From the IMG/VR virus record IMGVR_UViG_2029527006_000005: 64,000 nucleotides of DNA. The stretch is one strand, 5' to 3'. The number at the start of each line of letters is the position of its first letter. Positions within the stretch are counted from its first letter, which is position 1. Shown piece by piece: positions 51,204 to 61,092 of this stretch. Under the pieces are notes generated by a model. That model did not search any database and was not told where the DNA came from. It saw only the letters and a program-made list of their open reading frames with translations. Position numbers and translations under genes: made by a program. Source of the stretch: a virus (taxonomy: Duplodnaviria; Heunggongvirae; Uroviricota; Caudoviricetes).

Positions 51204-53855
51204 TTATGCCGAAGCAGTTTTCTCAATACGGATTGGAATGTAGATAAAGTTAATACTACGTACTGGCTGGATTGCGATATCCATCCACAATTCGTTTCTA
51301 TCGATACGAGTTGGGGTGTTGTTGGATTCGTCACAAACAACTAGGAAGTCGTATAGACCGTTTAGTTGTAGAATCTCAGCTAGGAAACTGTTAACTACGC
51401 CTGTGAACTCTTGACGAGTACTTGCAGTGTTTAGACGGAACAAGAACGGATCAGCAAGAATCTCTAGTTGGCGACGGATGTAAACTACTAGACGAGCTAC
51501 GTTTACACGGCTTAGAGCACTACCTTCATCAGCAGCTAGTGTTTTATCACCAAATACTAATAGACCACGGCTTGGACGCATTGCAATCGGGTTAATCTTG
51601 TTAACGTACATAGTGTCACGTTGACCGTTGTTATATACTACTGGAGAGTATTCACCTTCGTCATTAATGTAACCTACAGAAGCAGCGTTACTTACAACAC
51701 CACGTTGAGTACCAGCAGGTGGGAACCAAACATAAGAAACAGAGTCACTATATGCATAGGTACGCATCGCGATTGTACTACCCGGTACTGCAACTTCTTC
51801 ACCATCAACGTTAGTACTTAAGCACCAACCCATGTACTGTGCAGCGTAAGCATAAGCAGTAGTACGACCAATGTCACCATTACTTGGAGCATTGTTTGCG
51901 TTGGTAGCCCATTCTTGAATGGAAGTAGCAACTGGTTTTAGACGTGCTGGAACATCAGTTACAATGAAAGCAGTTTCTTTACGATCAGTGTTTAGTGTTA
52001 CGAACTCATCAAGTAGTTCTACATAACCCGGTGAACACATTAGGTTAAAGTCAATAAACTCAGAACGAATTGCTTCGTTACCAACGATTACCGCAGCTAG
52101 TGCTTCTACAATGATTTGACGCTGTGCGTGACGACCGAATAGACCGCTACCATCAATTGCAACACCACTAACAACTTTCCATTTACCATCAACCATTTGT
52201 TTAACAACACCTTCGGTGTTACCCATGTCAACAGCGAGCATACCATTTTGATAAAGGTTTGCACTTGGAACTTCGTCGTTGAAGTCTTCGTAGATCATAC
52301 CGTTTAGAGTACTTTGATCTGCTGGATCAAGTTTAACCCACTCACCACGTACATTACGGTAGAAGTTATAACCATCAACACCTTGTGATAGCGGGAGTAC
52401 CCAGAAATCACGGTCAGCGGCAGGTTCATCAACTTGTAGATACATGTTGTTATTTTGGATTAGATCCCAATCTTCAGTACTTAGGTTAGCTACATAAAGA
52501 GTTACTTGTAGATTATCAGAGTTGCTGAAATCGTACCAGTAAGTACCATCTGCTGCTTTAGCACGTGGAGCACTTGATGCAACACGAAGAATCTGTGGGT
52601 TAACTAGAGAATAGTTACTACTATCAACGGTTAGTTTAGCAATGTTAGTTGCATCAAACGTAGATTCACCACTTTGTACAGTTTTGAAGCTATAACCAAG
52701 TTTGTTACTAATAACAACACCGTTGCTTTGTACAGAGAAAGAGAAGCCATCGTTGATTAGTTGAGCAACACGGTTAAGACTTGCAACGATAGTAGCAGAG
52801 TTCTTAATTTGTCCAGTTGGAACAACTAGCACTTTAACAGATTTGTTTAGGTAACTTAAAGTTAGGAAACAATCAGCTTGTGCAATATCTAGACTAATTT
52901 CACCAACTGGAGTAGCAGGAGCACTCGTAGTAACTAGGTTACCAGTTTTGGTGTATAGTGAGAAACTATAACTATCCCAATCGAATAGTGCAGCGAAATA
53001 AGCATTACTTGATACGCCAGTTTTAGATTCGATTTCGTAGAATGAACTACCAGTGAAGGTTTCAACTGGAACCCATACTTTAGTTAGAGAAGCATAACGC
53101 TTAACAACAAAGCGAGTACCGAAGTAGTTAGAACCATTCTTAACATAACCGTCACGAATCCAGATATCACCTACGTGAATAGCAGAACCAGTTGGCACTT
53201 TGTTAATTGGTGATAGATACGTTTCTACTTGTACTAGACCAGCACTTTCAAATTTGTATACTAGCATCTGTCCAGTACTTGGAACATGACGGATTAGTAG
53301 ATCATCGACGTTTAGACCGACAGTACTTACATCACCGATTAGTTCAGCACTAACGATGCGAACTGGTTTTAAAGTCCAGTCATAAAAACTTTGTGGGTTA
53401 GCTACATTAGCAACATATGCTTCAACTTGCGTTTCAAATGTATCTAGCCATAGAGTACCATTTGGAACATCACCAGTAGGTTCAGTGCCAGATGGTTGTA
53501 GTTGGTTAAGGTCAAGGTCAGCACGTACTACATACGCACGGTTAGCAATCCCCATATAGCTGTATAGACCGTGGAGGCCATACTCGTTTAGCTCATCACC
53601 TTGAACTACGGAACCTAAATGCTTTTGGAACACTGGTGTGCCAAACATATCTAGGGCGTTTTTTTGTGAGGTAATAAGTTGTAACTTACCTGCGTTTGCA
53701 GCTAACGTACCAGAAGCGATAGCAGAACTACCGGGAACTAGCTTGTCTTGTGCAGTTGCGATTACGAAAAGTGGCACAGTTCCGGGTGCGGATTGTGCAG
53801 AAATCGATTCGTCTGTTACGGTTACACTTACACCGGGTGATAATAAATCAGCCAT
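51204..53855 (-). CDS. gp18: Tail sheath protein, gp18-like
   Basis: 'LSPGVSV...DES', 'WFPPAG..RG', 'INPI', 'GDKT', 'RVNVARL' and 'VVCDESNNTP..IDRNEL'. TAAATA at 53902-53907. Confidence 0.95.
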   Translation of the reverse strand: MADLLSPGVSVTVTDESISAQSAPGTVPLFVIATAQDKLVPGSSAIASGTLAANAGKLQLITSQKNALDMFGTPVFQKHLGSVVQGDELNEYGLHGLYSYMGIANRAYVVRADLDLNQLQPSGTEPTGDVPNGTLWLDTFETQVEAYVANVANPQSFYDWTLKPVRIVSAELIGDVSTVGLNVDDLLIRHVPSTGQMLVYKFESAGLVQVETYLSPINKVPTGSAIHVGDIWIRDGYVKNGSNYFGTRFVVKRYASLTKVWVPVETFTGSSFYEIESKTGVSSNAYFAALFDWDSYSFSLYTKTGNLVTTSAPATPVGEISLDIAQADCFLTLSYLNKSVKVLVVPTGQIKNSATIVASLNRVAQLINDGFSFSVQSNGVVISNKLGYSFKTVQSGESTFDATNIAKLTVDSSNYSLVNPQILRVASSAPRAKAADGTYWYDFSNSDNLQVTLYVANLSTEDWDLIQNNNMYLQVDEPAADRDFWVLPLSQGVDGYNFYRNVRGEWVKLDPADQSTLNGMIYEDFNDEVPSANLYQNGMLAVDMGNTEGVVKQMVDGKWKVVSGVAIDGSGLFGRHAQRQIIVEALAAVIVGNEAIRSEFIDFNLMCSPGYVELLDEFVTLNTDRKETAFIVTDVPARLKPVATSIQEWATNANNAPSNGDIGRTTAYAYAAQYMGWCLSTNVDGEEVAVPGSTIAMRTYAYSDSVSYVWFPPAGTQRGVVSNAASVGYINDEGEYSPVVYNNGQRDTMYVNKINPIAMRPSRGLLVFGDKTLAADEGSALSRVNVARLVVYIRRQLEILADPFLFRLNTASTRQEFTGVVNSFLAEILQLNGLYDFLVVCDESNNTPTRIDRNELWMDIAIQPVRSINFIYIPIRIEKTASA

Positions 53856-53939
53856 TTAAAATCCTCCAAATTAATTGGTTTTCGAATATTCGTTATACCA
53901 TTATTTATTGGAGGATAGAAACTTAGGTGTAGAAAGTAG

Positions 53940-54572
53940 TTAGTTTTGGTCGTTGATGCCGTGAAGTATCCATTCGGCCTGTAATTGTAATTTTTCTAAA
54001 GTACTGTCATTTTTAACTACATAATGTGGCTTATTGATACCAATCCAAGCCCATTCGGAACTATGGATATCATTCAATGATTCAGGTTTTTCACAACCCC
54101 TTACATTGTAGGTATAAGCATCAGCATACCATGATGGCAAATCTCTCTGTACTTCGATAATAGTACCACCATTAGCACGGATCATTCGTAATTCATTGGG
54201 GAAACGACAATCAGTAATGATAATGTTACCTTCTACTTCCATCATATCTTTTTCTAGGCTGAAAACCCAGATATCATTATGGAAGTGCTTGCGAAGTACA
54301 TCAGTTCCATAATTTTGTAGTACCCAACGCGGGGATACACAATCTAATTCAAGACGTTTACACCAGAATGGGTCTGGTAGTTCTCGAATTGCTCTGGACT
54401 CATCAGTAGTACCTTCTAGCATTTCACGATCCCAACCAAAGATAGCTGCTACCGAATCTTTTAGGTTAGTTGCAAAGGACATACGTTGATATCCACCTTC
54501 GATGAAGGTTTTAGCAAAGGTATCTTTCCCAGAACCAATGCATCCATTTATTGCTACGATATTTCTTTCCAT
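53940..54572 (-). CDS. Deoxynucleoside monophosphate kinase (T4 gp1-like)
   Basis: 'GCIGSGKDT', 'SFA..LKD', 'PR..LQ..GTD..R', 'ITDCRF.NE' and 'HSSE'. Start reassigned to MERNIV. Confidence 0.9.
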   Translation of the reverse strand: MERNIVAINGCIGSGKDTFAKTFIEGGYQRMSFATNLKDSVAAIFGWDREMLEGTTDESRAIRELPDPFWCKRLELDCVSPRWVLQNYGTDVLRKHFHNDIWVFSLEKDMMEVEGNIIITDCRFPNELRMIRANGGTIIEVQRDLPSWYADAYTYNVRGCEKPESLNDIHSSEWAWIGINKPHYVVKNDSTLEKLQLQAEWILHGINDQN

Positions 54573-54583
54573 GTTATACCTAT

Positions 54584-54613
54584 AAAAAAAGGAAGTGACC
54601 ATAAGCCACTTCC
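54584..54613 (-). terminator. Terminator after gp13
   Basis: Minus strand GGAAGTGG...TCACTTCC-TTTTTTT. Confidence 0.7.
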
Positions 54614-54621
54614 GTATTTGT

Positions 54622-55410
54622 TTATCCAATTATGAAACCTAATGGCATTCCACCATCTTTATAGTTACGCAATTGTTGTTCTAATTTTTCTTGTAATGCA
54701 AAACCTTCTTGACGTAAAGTGTCACCATCCATTGAGAATGTACCTTGTGGTCCGGGTAGTGTTGCAAACTTAGAACGGTTTGTACCCAACATAATCTTAG
54801 CTTCTGCTAAAGTCCAGTCACGAATCCAAGGATAGGACATTTGTTGACGGAATAGCATTTCTTCAGGAACGTTTTGGAACACATGTAGTAGTACTTCTTC
54901 TGTTCCACGAATATCACGGTCAATGATTAGTTTCTTGTTAACGGAGTTCCATTGGAAGATGATTTCACGACCAAATAGACGTGCAACCGTTTCATCAAAC
55001 TGGTGATATAGATCGTATGTTAGTAATCCACCACCTGTTGCACCACGCACAGCACTAAGCAAATAAGTATTACTATATGCTAGTGAGAATGGGTCAACTG
55101 TTGAACCTTCACCACTTACTACACCGTTACCACGGCGATAGATTCTGCGAACAATTTCAACTTCAGTAGGTAGTACATACACTGACTCAGAAGGGTATAA
55201 TTTCATATGTAAAAATGCTTCTTCTTTTGAAGCACTTGACCATGCACGATAGTTTTCTACAGCATTATCAATCGCAATTTCAAGCTGCCCGTCAGTAATT
55301 TCAACGTTTACTGCACCAGCACCTAACATTTGCGTGATTTTATCTTTTAGTTTTTCTCGGTGGTCAAACTGTGGTGATTCTGGATCACCGCCTTGATAAT
55401 CATAAGACAT
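54622..55410 (-). CDS. gp13: Neck protein, gp13-like
   Basis: 'LG...VNVE.TD.QL...ID.A...W...T.A..K...G.N.SKF..LPG....DG'. TATAAATA at 55441-55448. Confidence 0.85.
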   Translation of the reverse strand: MSYDYQGGDPESPQFDHREKLKDKITQMLGAGAVNVEITDGQLEIAIDNAVENYRAWSSASKEEAFLHMKLYPSESVYVLPTEVEIVRRIYRRGNGVVSGEGSTVDPFSLAYSNTYLLSAVRGATGGGLLTYDLYHQFDETVARLFGREIIFQWNSVNKKLIIDRDIRGTEEVLLHVFQNVPEEMLFRQQMSYPWIRDWTLAEAKIMLGTNRSKFATLPGPQGTFSMDGDTLRQEGFALQEKLEQQLRNYKDGGMPLGFIIG

Positions 55411-55461
55411 AAAGAACCCCTATAATTGTATTATCTACAATATTTATAGGGGTTGAGATCA

Positions 55462-55839
55462 TTACGCTTCAGTACAGTTCTGTAGATGGAAGTCTAGGCG
55501 ATCACCAGCAAAGGGACCAAGTACTAGAACGCTTTCACCATCACCATAACCACTGGCTGGAACCGTTTCTAGACTAACCGCTTGGTATTCGATACTATCT
55601 AGCTCTAGACGCTCATCGGCGTAGAATACGCGAATTACGCCATCATTCTCGGAAACCCATTTCTCATAGGTTTCTTTGAACTGCTTAGTTTCGAATGAAC
55701 CCAAGTTGTTTGCTTTACCGGGTGTATATTGTGCTAGTAGTACTTGAGTACCACGAACAAGTTCTTTTGCAACTACATCTGGGGATGTGCCTTTTAGAAT
55801 TACAATTGCTTGATAAATGCTTGGGTTAGTCTGGTTCAT
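55462..55839 (-). CDS. Degenerate peptidyl-tRNA hydrolase 2 (Pth2)-fold protein
   Basis: Layout 'QAIVI...W......V....L..I...A......VLVLGP....LD' matches Pth2, but the GK/AQ and DAG.T motifs are missing. Confidence 0.35.
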   Translation of the reverse strand: MNQTNPSIYQAIVILKGTSPDVVAKELVRGTQVLLAQYTPGKANNLGSFETKQFKETYEKWVSENDGVIRVFYADERLELDSIEYQAVSLETVPASGYGDGESVLVLGPFAGDRLDFHLQNCTEA

Positions 55840-55848
55840 TATTACCTC

Positions 55849-56172
55849 TTATTTGGCTACGACAATCTTGTTGTCAGGAACGAAAATCTGTGATTTAGGT
55901 TCAGCGGCAGCTTCTAGTGCAGCAATGTATGCTTGTGCTAGACCAGCTTCAGGAGTACTAATAGAAATAATGTTATATTTCATGAATACTACTTCAGAAT
56001 CTAGATCACTAATACCGCCGAGGTAGTCATTAATCGCTAGATCATGAGTTTCTGGGTCAGTACCTAGAATTGCTGGATTGGTCACGATGATTTGTTCATC
56101 ATTGTGTGCTTGCATAACTGCTAGTACTGGACCCATACCGTTGATGTTTAGTAGTTTAACATTCGTTGTCAT
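55849..56172 (-). CDS. Hypothetical protein
   Basis: ATG at 56172 with AAGGA RBS. Confidence 0.6.
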   Translation of the reverse strand: MTTNVKLLNINGMGPVLAVMQAHNDEQIIVTNPAILGTDPETHDLAINDYLGGISDLDSEVVFMKYNIISISTPEAGLAQAYIAALEAAAEPKSQIFVPDNKIVVAK

Positions 56173-56197
56173 TTTTGTCAATCCTTTGATTTATTTT

Positions 56198-56671
56198 TTA
56201 TTTCAATATGTATAGATGTTTAGATGCATTTGTAATGCGGTGGTCAATGATTTCCGATATCACATCCCAGCACCCGCCGCCTAAGTCTGCCCCAATTTTA
56301 GGGAAGTGGAGATTTGTGCATCTCCCCGTTTCAGCGATAAAATCATTCATGTCTTTGAAGACAGTATCAATCGCATCATAGCTAACGTATTTTTCACCGT
56401 CATAGCCATAAAATTCCTGAGTAATAGCATTCGCGATTAGTAAATTTTGATTAGCTAAGTAGTATACAGTACTTCCAAGTTTTAAACCTTCAGTTTCATG
56501 TACTTTTTTGTATTCTTCATATGCAGCAGGATAACGTTCACGAAGTTCTTTAGCAAACCCGGAACCCATACGACCTTGTGCATTACAACCATGTACTATA
56601 ATATGTAAATGGTCAGAGTTAACTGATAAACTGTACTTATCAAATAAATTACCATACGATGAATGTATCAT
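56198..56671 (-). CDS. Macrodomain (ADP-ribose processing) protein
   Basis: 'IVHGCNAQGRMGSGFA...PKIGADLGGG.W'. Confidence 0.88.
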   Translation of the reverse strand: MIHSSYGNLFDKYSLSVNSDHLHIIVHGCNAQGRMGSGFAKELRERYPAAYEEYKKVHETEGLKLGSTVYYLANQNLLIANAITQEFYGYDGEKYVSYDAIDTVFKDMNDFIAETGRCTNLHFPKIGADLGGGCWDVISEIIDHRITNASKHLYILK

Positions 56672-56685
56672 AATATCCTCAGATG

Positions 56686-56715
56686 AAAAAAGGACTCTTG
56701 TTCAGGAGTCCTTTT
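56686..56715 (-). terminator. Terminator
   Basis: AAAAAAGGACTCTTG-TT-CAGGAGTCCTTTT. Confidence 0.8.
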
Positions 56716-56723
56716 AATTATTA

Positions 56724-56966
56724 TTATTCAGTTCCAAAACGTAAACGTTTTAGTTCTTTGCGATGTTTTCTGGCTGTTGTACTTTTGTGGAGGCGATTAC
56801 TTTTTTCTGTTGATTTTGTTAGATACCAATCATCTTCTGGAACTTCATAGTCACAGAATCCATTCTCGGTAATAGTACCTAAAAATGCCGACTTCCGAGG
56901 AATTGCGGTTACTTTAGGTTGACTCTCAAAGATGCCTTGAGCTAATTTTTCACGAAAACTAAGCAT
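56724..56966 (-). CDS. Small basic hypothetical protein
   Basis: Start MLSFREK with GGAG RBS. Confidence 0.55.
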   Translation of the reverse strand: MLSFREKLAQGIFESQPKVTAIPRKSAFLGTITENGFCDYEVPEDDWYLTKSTEKSNRLHKSTTARKHRKELKRLRFGTE

Positions 56967-57012
56967 AGTGTTTCTCCCAAATTTTTTAACATGAAGGATT
57001 GTTCCTTCATAA

Positions 57013-57261
57013 TTATTTATTGTTGGTTTTTTGAAGAAAATCAACAACCTCTTGTGGGGAACATACCTTGAAAACTTCTTCTAGTAAAGCATCATACTCC
57101 GCTTTACGTTCACTGTACTTACGTAGTGCAGCCATTCTCTTACGGGTAGCTGTCTCAATACCATCTACATCAAGAGGCTGGAAATCAACCCCTAGACGCT
57201 TTGCTAGTTCTTCTGCACGAGAAGTACATTTAGTATGAAAATCACTGATCGTTTGAGTCAT
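57013..57261 (-). CDS. Hypothetical protein
   Basis: Start MTQTISD overlaps the glutaredoxin 3' end. Confidence 0.55.
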   Translation of the reverse strand: MTQTISDFHTKCTSRAEELAKRLGVDFQPLDVDGIETATRKRMAALRKYSERKAEYDALLEEVFKVCSPQEVVDFLQKTNNK

Positions 57262-57508
57262 CTTGTTTCTCACTTTTTGCTTTGAGGAATTTAATGAACT
57301 CAGTACATCCACCAACGTACTCATCATCCACAAAAATTTGTGGTACAGTACTAACTGGCTTACCAACAATTTCGATTAGATCGTCTTTTGTCATACCAGT
57401 ACTTTCCATATCGATAAATTCCATATCGAATTTGTTCTGGACGCAAATATCTTTTGCTGTGGTGCAATAAGGGCAACCAACTGAACGACCATAAATTTTT
57501 ACTTTCAT
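57242..57508 (-). CDS. Glutaredoxin
   Basis: CPYC active site and 'TVPQIF......GG'. Confidence 0.93.
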   Translation of the reverse strand: MKVKIYGRSVGCPYCTTAKDICVQNKFDMEFIDMESTGMTKDDLIEIVGKPVSTVPQIFVDDEYVGGCTEFIKFLKAKSEKQDDSNDQ

Positions 57509-57509
57509 C

Positions 57510-57950
57510 TTATCTTCCTTTCTTCTTCTGGAACTGCTTCACAGCTTTTACAATACTGCTACACATTCGCTTGGTCAAATACAATTCACAGTCTTCTACA
57601 TCAATGTATTTGAACTTATCAAGTTCAGGCTTTGTTTGACCGTACTTATTTGTGTAAGTACTAATACATTTTAGTTCTTTCGGTTCTGGCTTATATTTAG
57701 CGGTGTAATAAAATAATATAAGACGTTTTCCTTTTCTATACGATACATCACCAATCAAAAGGAGATCTTTTTCATCAATCTTAAAACTGGTTTCTTCATA
57801 ACACTCCCGAACAGCCGCTTCTGCATAGCTTTCTTCACCTTCAGCTTTTCCTTTAGGTAAATCCCAATGCTCTTGTCCAGTAGTGTGACCTATAAGTATC
57901 TGACCATCACGATAAAAAATTATTCCGCATGTGTATCGCATATTTTTCAT
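57510..57950 (-). CDS. Nudix hydrolase
   Basis: 'WDLPKGKAEGEESYAEAAVRECYEET'. Confidence 0.9.
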   Translation of the reverse strand: MKNMRYTCGIIFYRDGQILIGHTTGQEHWDLPKGKAEGEESYAEAAVRECYEETSFKIDEKDLLLIGDVSYRKGKRLILFYYTAKYKPEPKELKCISTYTNKYGQTKPELDKFKYIDVEDCELYLTKRMCSSIVKAVKQFQKKKGR

Positions 57951-57975
57951 CTCAATTAAATCATCAGATACCTAT

Positions 57976-58004
57976 AGTATATCACATTTTTTTCATTTTG
58001 TCCC
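57976..58004 (-). promoter_or_regulatory. GGGACA-N17-TATACT promoter (copy 4)
   Basis: Minus strand GGGACA-AAATGAAAAAAATGTGA-TATACT. Confidence 0.75.
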
Positions 58005-58008
58005 GATT

Positions 58009-59133
58009 TTATGCGAACATTTTAGCGACTTCAACCGTGCGTAGGTTTGCAACGTAAGAACGGATATTCTTAGGCTCTAGCTCACCATCTTTTACCATCT
58101 GATCAATGTCGCCAATAACAGTACCTTCATACTTGTCATAAACCTTGACGATTAGTTCTTCTAGTTCACCATCAACGGTACGTTGAATGTTGAAGTATTC
58201 TAGTACTTTGTATAGGAACTCTTCACCGCCTTGGTTATGAATGTTCATTCTGGATAGTACATCTACCATTTGCTCAGGAGTCTTCTTCCTGAAGGTTTTG
58301 ATCTCATCACCGAAAGTTTCAATGAATTTGTGGAACTTCACAAAACGTGCAGGTAGTTTAATCTGACCAACAGTGTAGTCTTTCTTTACATCAGCCGTTG
58401 TACGGGATAGTAGGTAAGACCACATGAAATCCGCACTGTACGCCTCTGTGCTCATCGTAGCAAACTTATTGATAGCTTCACCGTCATCTTTATTGAAGCT
58501 CTCTAAGCCCGGTAGAATGCGTTTAATCGCACCCCATCCCTTTAGCTGAAAGATGAATGTACTTGGTAGACGCTCGGATAGTGCTTTCTCAAACTCAACG
58601 TAAACGCGTTCTGGTGTTAGAGAATCAATCTCACCTTTTTTAACCATTTCCATTACCATAGCTTCAGTACTTTCATGTACTGTAAAATCACTATAACGAG
58701 TAGCAAAACGTGCTAGACGTAGTACACGTAGTGGATCTTCAGCAAAGTGTGGGCTGACATGACGTAGTACTTTTGCTTGTAGGTCGGCTTTACCATTATA
58801 CGGGTCAACGTGTTTCTGGAATACCGGATCGTAAGCAATTGCGTTGATGGTTAGATCGCGACGGAATAGGTCTTGCTCTAGAGTAACACCTTCAGTCTCT
58901 ACAGTGAAACCTTTGTATCCAGTTCCAGATTTACGCTCAACACGAGCTAGTGCATACTCATCACCTGCTGGGGATAGGAATACCGGGAAATCTGCTCCTA
59001 CTTGTTGATATCCCTGTGAGATTAGATATTGAATATCACGCTCTTTTGCACCAACAAGTACATAATCTTTGTCTTTAGGTTTTAGGCCAAGTAGTTTGTC
59101 ACGAACGAAGCCACCTACGATATATTTTTTCAT
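58009..59133 (-). CDS. cca: tRNA nucleotidyltransferase (CCA-adding enzyme)
   Basis: 'VGGFVRD.LLG....DKD', 'VGADFPVF', 'EYALAR.ERK', 'RRDLTINA', 'EDPLRVLR' and 'ERV..E'. Confidence 0.93.
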   Translation of the reverse strand: MKKYIVGGFVRDKLLGLKPKDKDYVLVGAKERDIQYLISQGYQQVGADFPVFLSPAGDEYALARVERKSGTGYKGFTVETEGVTLEQDLFRRDLTINAIAYDPVFQKHVDPYNGKADLQAKVLRHVSPHFAEDPLRVLRLARFATRYSDFTVHESTEAMVMEMVKKGEIDSLTPERVYVEFEKALSERLPSTFIFQLKGWGAIKRILPGLESFNKDDGEAINKFATMSTEAYSADFMWSYLLSRTTADVKKDYTVGQIKLPARFVKFHKFIETFGDEIKTFRKKTPEQMVDVLSRMNIHNQGGEEFLYKVLEYFNIQRTVDGELEELIVKVYDKYEGTVIGDIDQMVKDGELEPKNIRSYVANLRTVEVAKMFA

Positions 59134-59387
59134 TTATCACCCCTATTCCAGAATTTGTCCCATAGCGATTGTTCTTTCTTTTCGGCTTCTTCTTTTCTGC
59201 GTTTTCCACCATTGTATGCATCAGCGATATCAGATGGTAATAACCCAGCAGGTTTCTCATCAAAATTACGCCAACCATATTTGTCTTTCGGTGGGTAATA
59301 GTCATCATATGGTGTACCATCACCGCCTAAGCCCCAATCTTCTTCTAGTACTGCAATCATATTAGCTACTCCATAAGAAACCATCAC
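59130..59387 (-). CDS. Hypothetical protein
   Basis: Overlaps flanking genes in the operon. Start uncertain. Confidence 0.5.
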   Translation of the reverse strand: MMVSYGVANMIAVLEEDWGLGGDGTPYDDYYPPKDKYGWRNFDEKPAGLLPSDIADAYNGGKRRKEEAEKKEQSLWDKFWNRGDK

Positions 59388-59787
59388 AGGCTTCGATAAT
59401 TTCTTTCACAAGTTGATAGTTTGAGTATTCTACACTAAGAAGGTTTTCAACGCAAGACTCTTGGAAGAATTCTTCCTCTGATTCAATATCTGAACGGATC
59501 GCTGCCTCGTTTTTCGATTCACAGGTTTTCGCGAAATGGTTAATTCCAAAGAAGTGTACAAATATAAATTTATTACTATAGATATAAAATGCCAGCCCAT
59601 TCGGGTCTTTAGCGTAATCCACTTCATCTTCTACTAATGCAATATTAATAGTAATTCTGTGTGACATGGTATTGATGTAAAATTCAGTCAATTCATCAAC
59701 TCTAATCCACTCATCTGGATCGTAGTCCAATCCAACTTTCTTAATATAGTTCAGTACTGAACGTAAATTCTCATTATTGATTAGCAT
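59362..59787 (-). CDS. Hypothetical protein
   Basis: 141-aa ORF with GGAG RBS. Confidence 0.6.
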   Translation of the reverse strand: MLINNENLRSVLNYIKKVGLDYDPDEWIRVDELTEFYINTMSHRITINIALVEDEVDYAKDPNGLAFYIYSNKFIFVHFFGINHFAKTCESKNEAAIRSDIESEEEFFQESCVENLLSVEYSNYQLVKEIIEACDGFLWSS

Positions 59788-59799
59788 CAGTTCTCCAAT

Positions 59800-59829
59800 A
59801 AAAAAAGGACACTCACTTGAATGTCCTTT
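59800..59829 (-). terminator. Terminator after hpf
   Basis: AAAAAAAGGACAC...ATGTCCTTT inverted repeat. Confidence 0.7.
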
Positions 59830-59837
59830 ATTCTACT

Positions 59838-60158
59838 TTACTCTTCCGTATCTGTCAAGTCAATTTTTTCATGACGTTTGGAAAGTTCTTTTCCTTTCTG
59901 ACGTGCTAACATGGTTTCCACATTTTCAAATGCAATGGTAATACAATCATACATGTCATGACCTTGTGTACCACCTGTAATGCTTTTACCAACAACAATA
60001 ACATCAACGTCGAATTCATCATGTTTGATTACTTTTAGATTGACTTTAAGATTAAGGTCGTTCTTAGTGTTGAATTTATCCAATTTTGCCGCACAGTGCT
60101 CAACATGCTCACGTAGTGCTTCGGTTACTTCAGTATTGATACCTTGAATATTAATCAT
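59838..60158 (-). CDS. hpf: Ribosome hibernation factor HPF/RaiA (S30AE)
   Basis: 'INIQG.N.EVTEALREHV......LDKF...DMY..I......E..L.R.K.K'. Start MINIQG with AGGAG RBS. Confidence 0.8.
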   Translation of the reverse strand: MINIQGINTEVTEALREHVEHCAAKLDKFNTKNDLNLKVNLKVIKHDEFDVDVIVVGKSITGGTQGHDMYDCITIAFENVETMLARQKGKELSKRHEKIDLTDTEE

Positions 60159-60168
60159 ACACAACTCC

Positions 60169-61092
60169 TTATAGGGAACTAAGAAGGATTTCAGCACGGT
60201 TTCCAACTTGTTTGAACCATAGTGAACCTTCTATTTCTTTTTTGAACTTACGAGGGTTTTCGTTCTTTACACTATTCCACAATTTCGTGAATTTGTCAAG
60301 TTTATCGACACCCATAGTGAAAGCCATCTCGTATAAAATACGCTGTTGCTCTTTTGTGAGATTTACAGCATTTTTCCGTTGCAATAGTAAAGTGAAGTCA
60401 TTGTAAGTACGGGTCATATCTTTCTTTAGTAGCTGTTTAGCTTCATAATCAGAAATACCTTTTTTGTACTTTATTGCGTCGGAATCCTTTTTACCTAAGT
60501 AATGTCCATATCCGATGGTATAGTTGCCTTTAACATCTTTATAAGGATAGAACTTAGAATTTTTGTATGACGGACCAACTGTACCGCCAAGTAATTTGCG
60601 TTTTATCACAGCTTGAGATTCTTTCGAACCTTCAGCTTGTTTGATATAATCTACTACTTCTTTATCAAGATGATCGAAGTGAATAGTTACATCAGGTAGA
60701 ATAACAGACTTCAAATCATTCTCATTAGGTAAATGTACTGGTTTACTAACATGTAGTACTTTGATTCCCGAATTAACACGTTTAAACACGTCAATGTACG
60801 GGTACATTTCAACATTCTCTGGCTTAAACTTTTGAGCGATTACCCAAAACGTATCCTTTGACTGTACAATATACTGTTTTCTGCTTTCCGTCTTATACAC
60901 AGTTGCTTTTTGAATCGGCAATGTGGTAACGGGCGGTTGCTTTTGAATTTGAATAACTTGTGGTTTTATTTGTACACCTGAATTTGATGACGGTGTACTA
61001 TCATTGTGTTTATAACCAATATATCCAATAGCTCCAGCCACTAACAGAAAACTTATTAAAACATAAGTTTTGAGTTGTTGGAACGCTCTCAC
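60169..61092 (-). CDS. Membrane-anchored LysM-like + T4-type lysozyme (endolysin candidate)
   Basis: GTG start with AGGAG RBS and an N-terminal hydrophobic helix. 'YIVQSKDTFWVIA' LysM-like segment. 'AEG...YKDVKGNYTIGYGH...EMAF.MG...SLW.KQV..RA' lysozyme. Confidence 0.8.
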   Translation of the reverse strand: MRAFQQLKTYVLISFLLVAGAIGYIGYKHNDSTPSSNSGVQIKPQVIQIQKQPPVTTLPIQKATVYKTESRKQYIVQSKDTFWVIAQKFKPENVEMYPYIDVFKRVNSGIKVLHVSKPVHLPNENDLKSVILPDVTIHFDHLDKEVVDYIKQAEGSKESQAVIKRKLLGGTVGPSYKNSKFYPYKDVKGNYTIGYGHYLGKKDSDAIKYKKGISDYEAKQLLKKDMTRTYNDFTLLLQRKNAVNLTKEQQRILYEMAFTMGVDKLDKFTKLWNSVKNENPRKFKKEIEGSLWFKQVGNRAEILLSSL

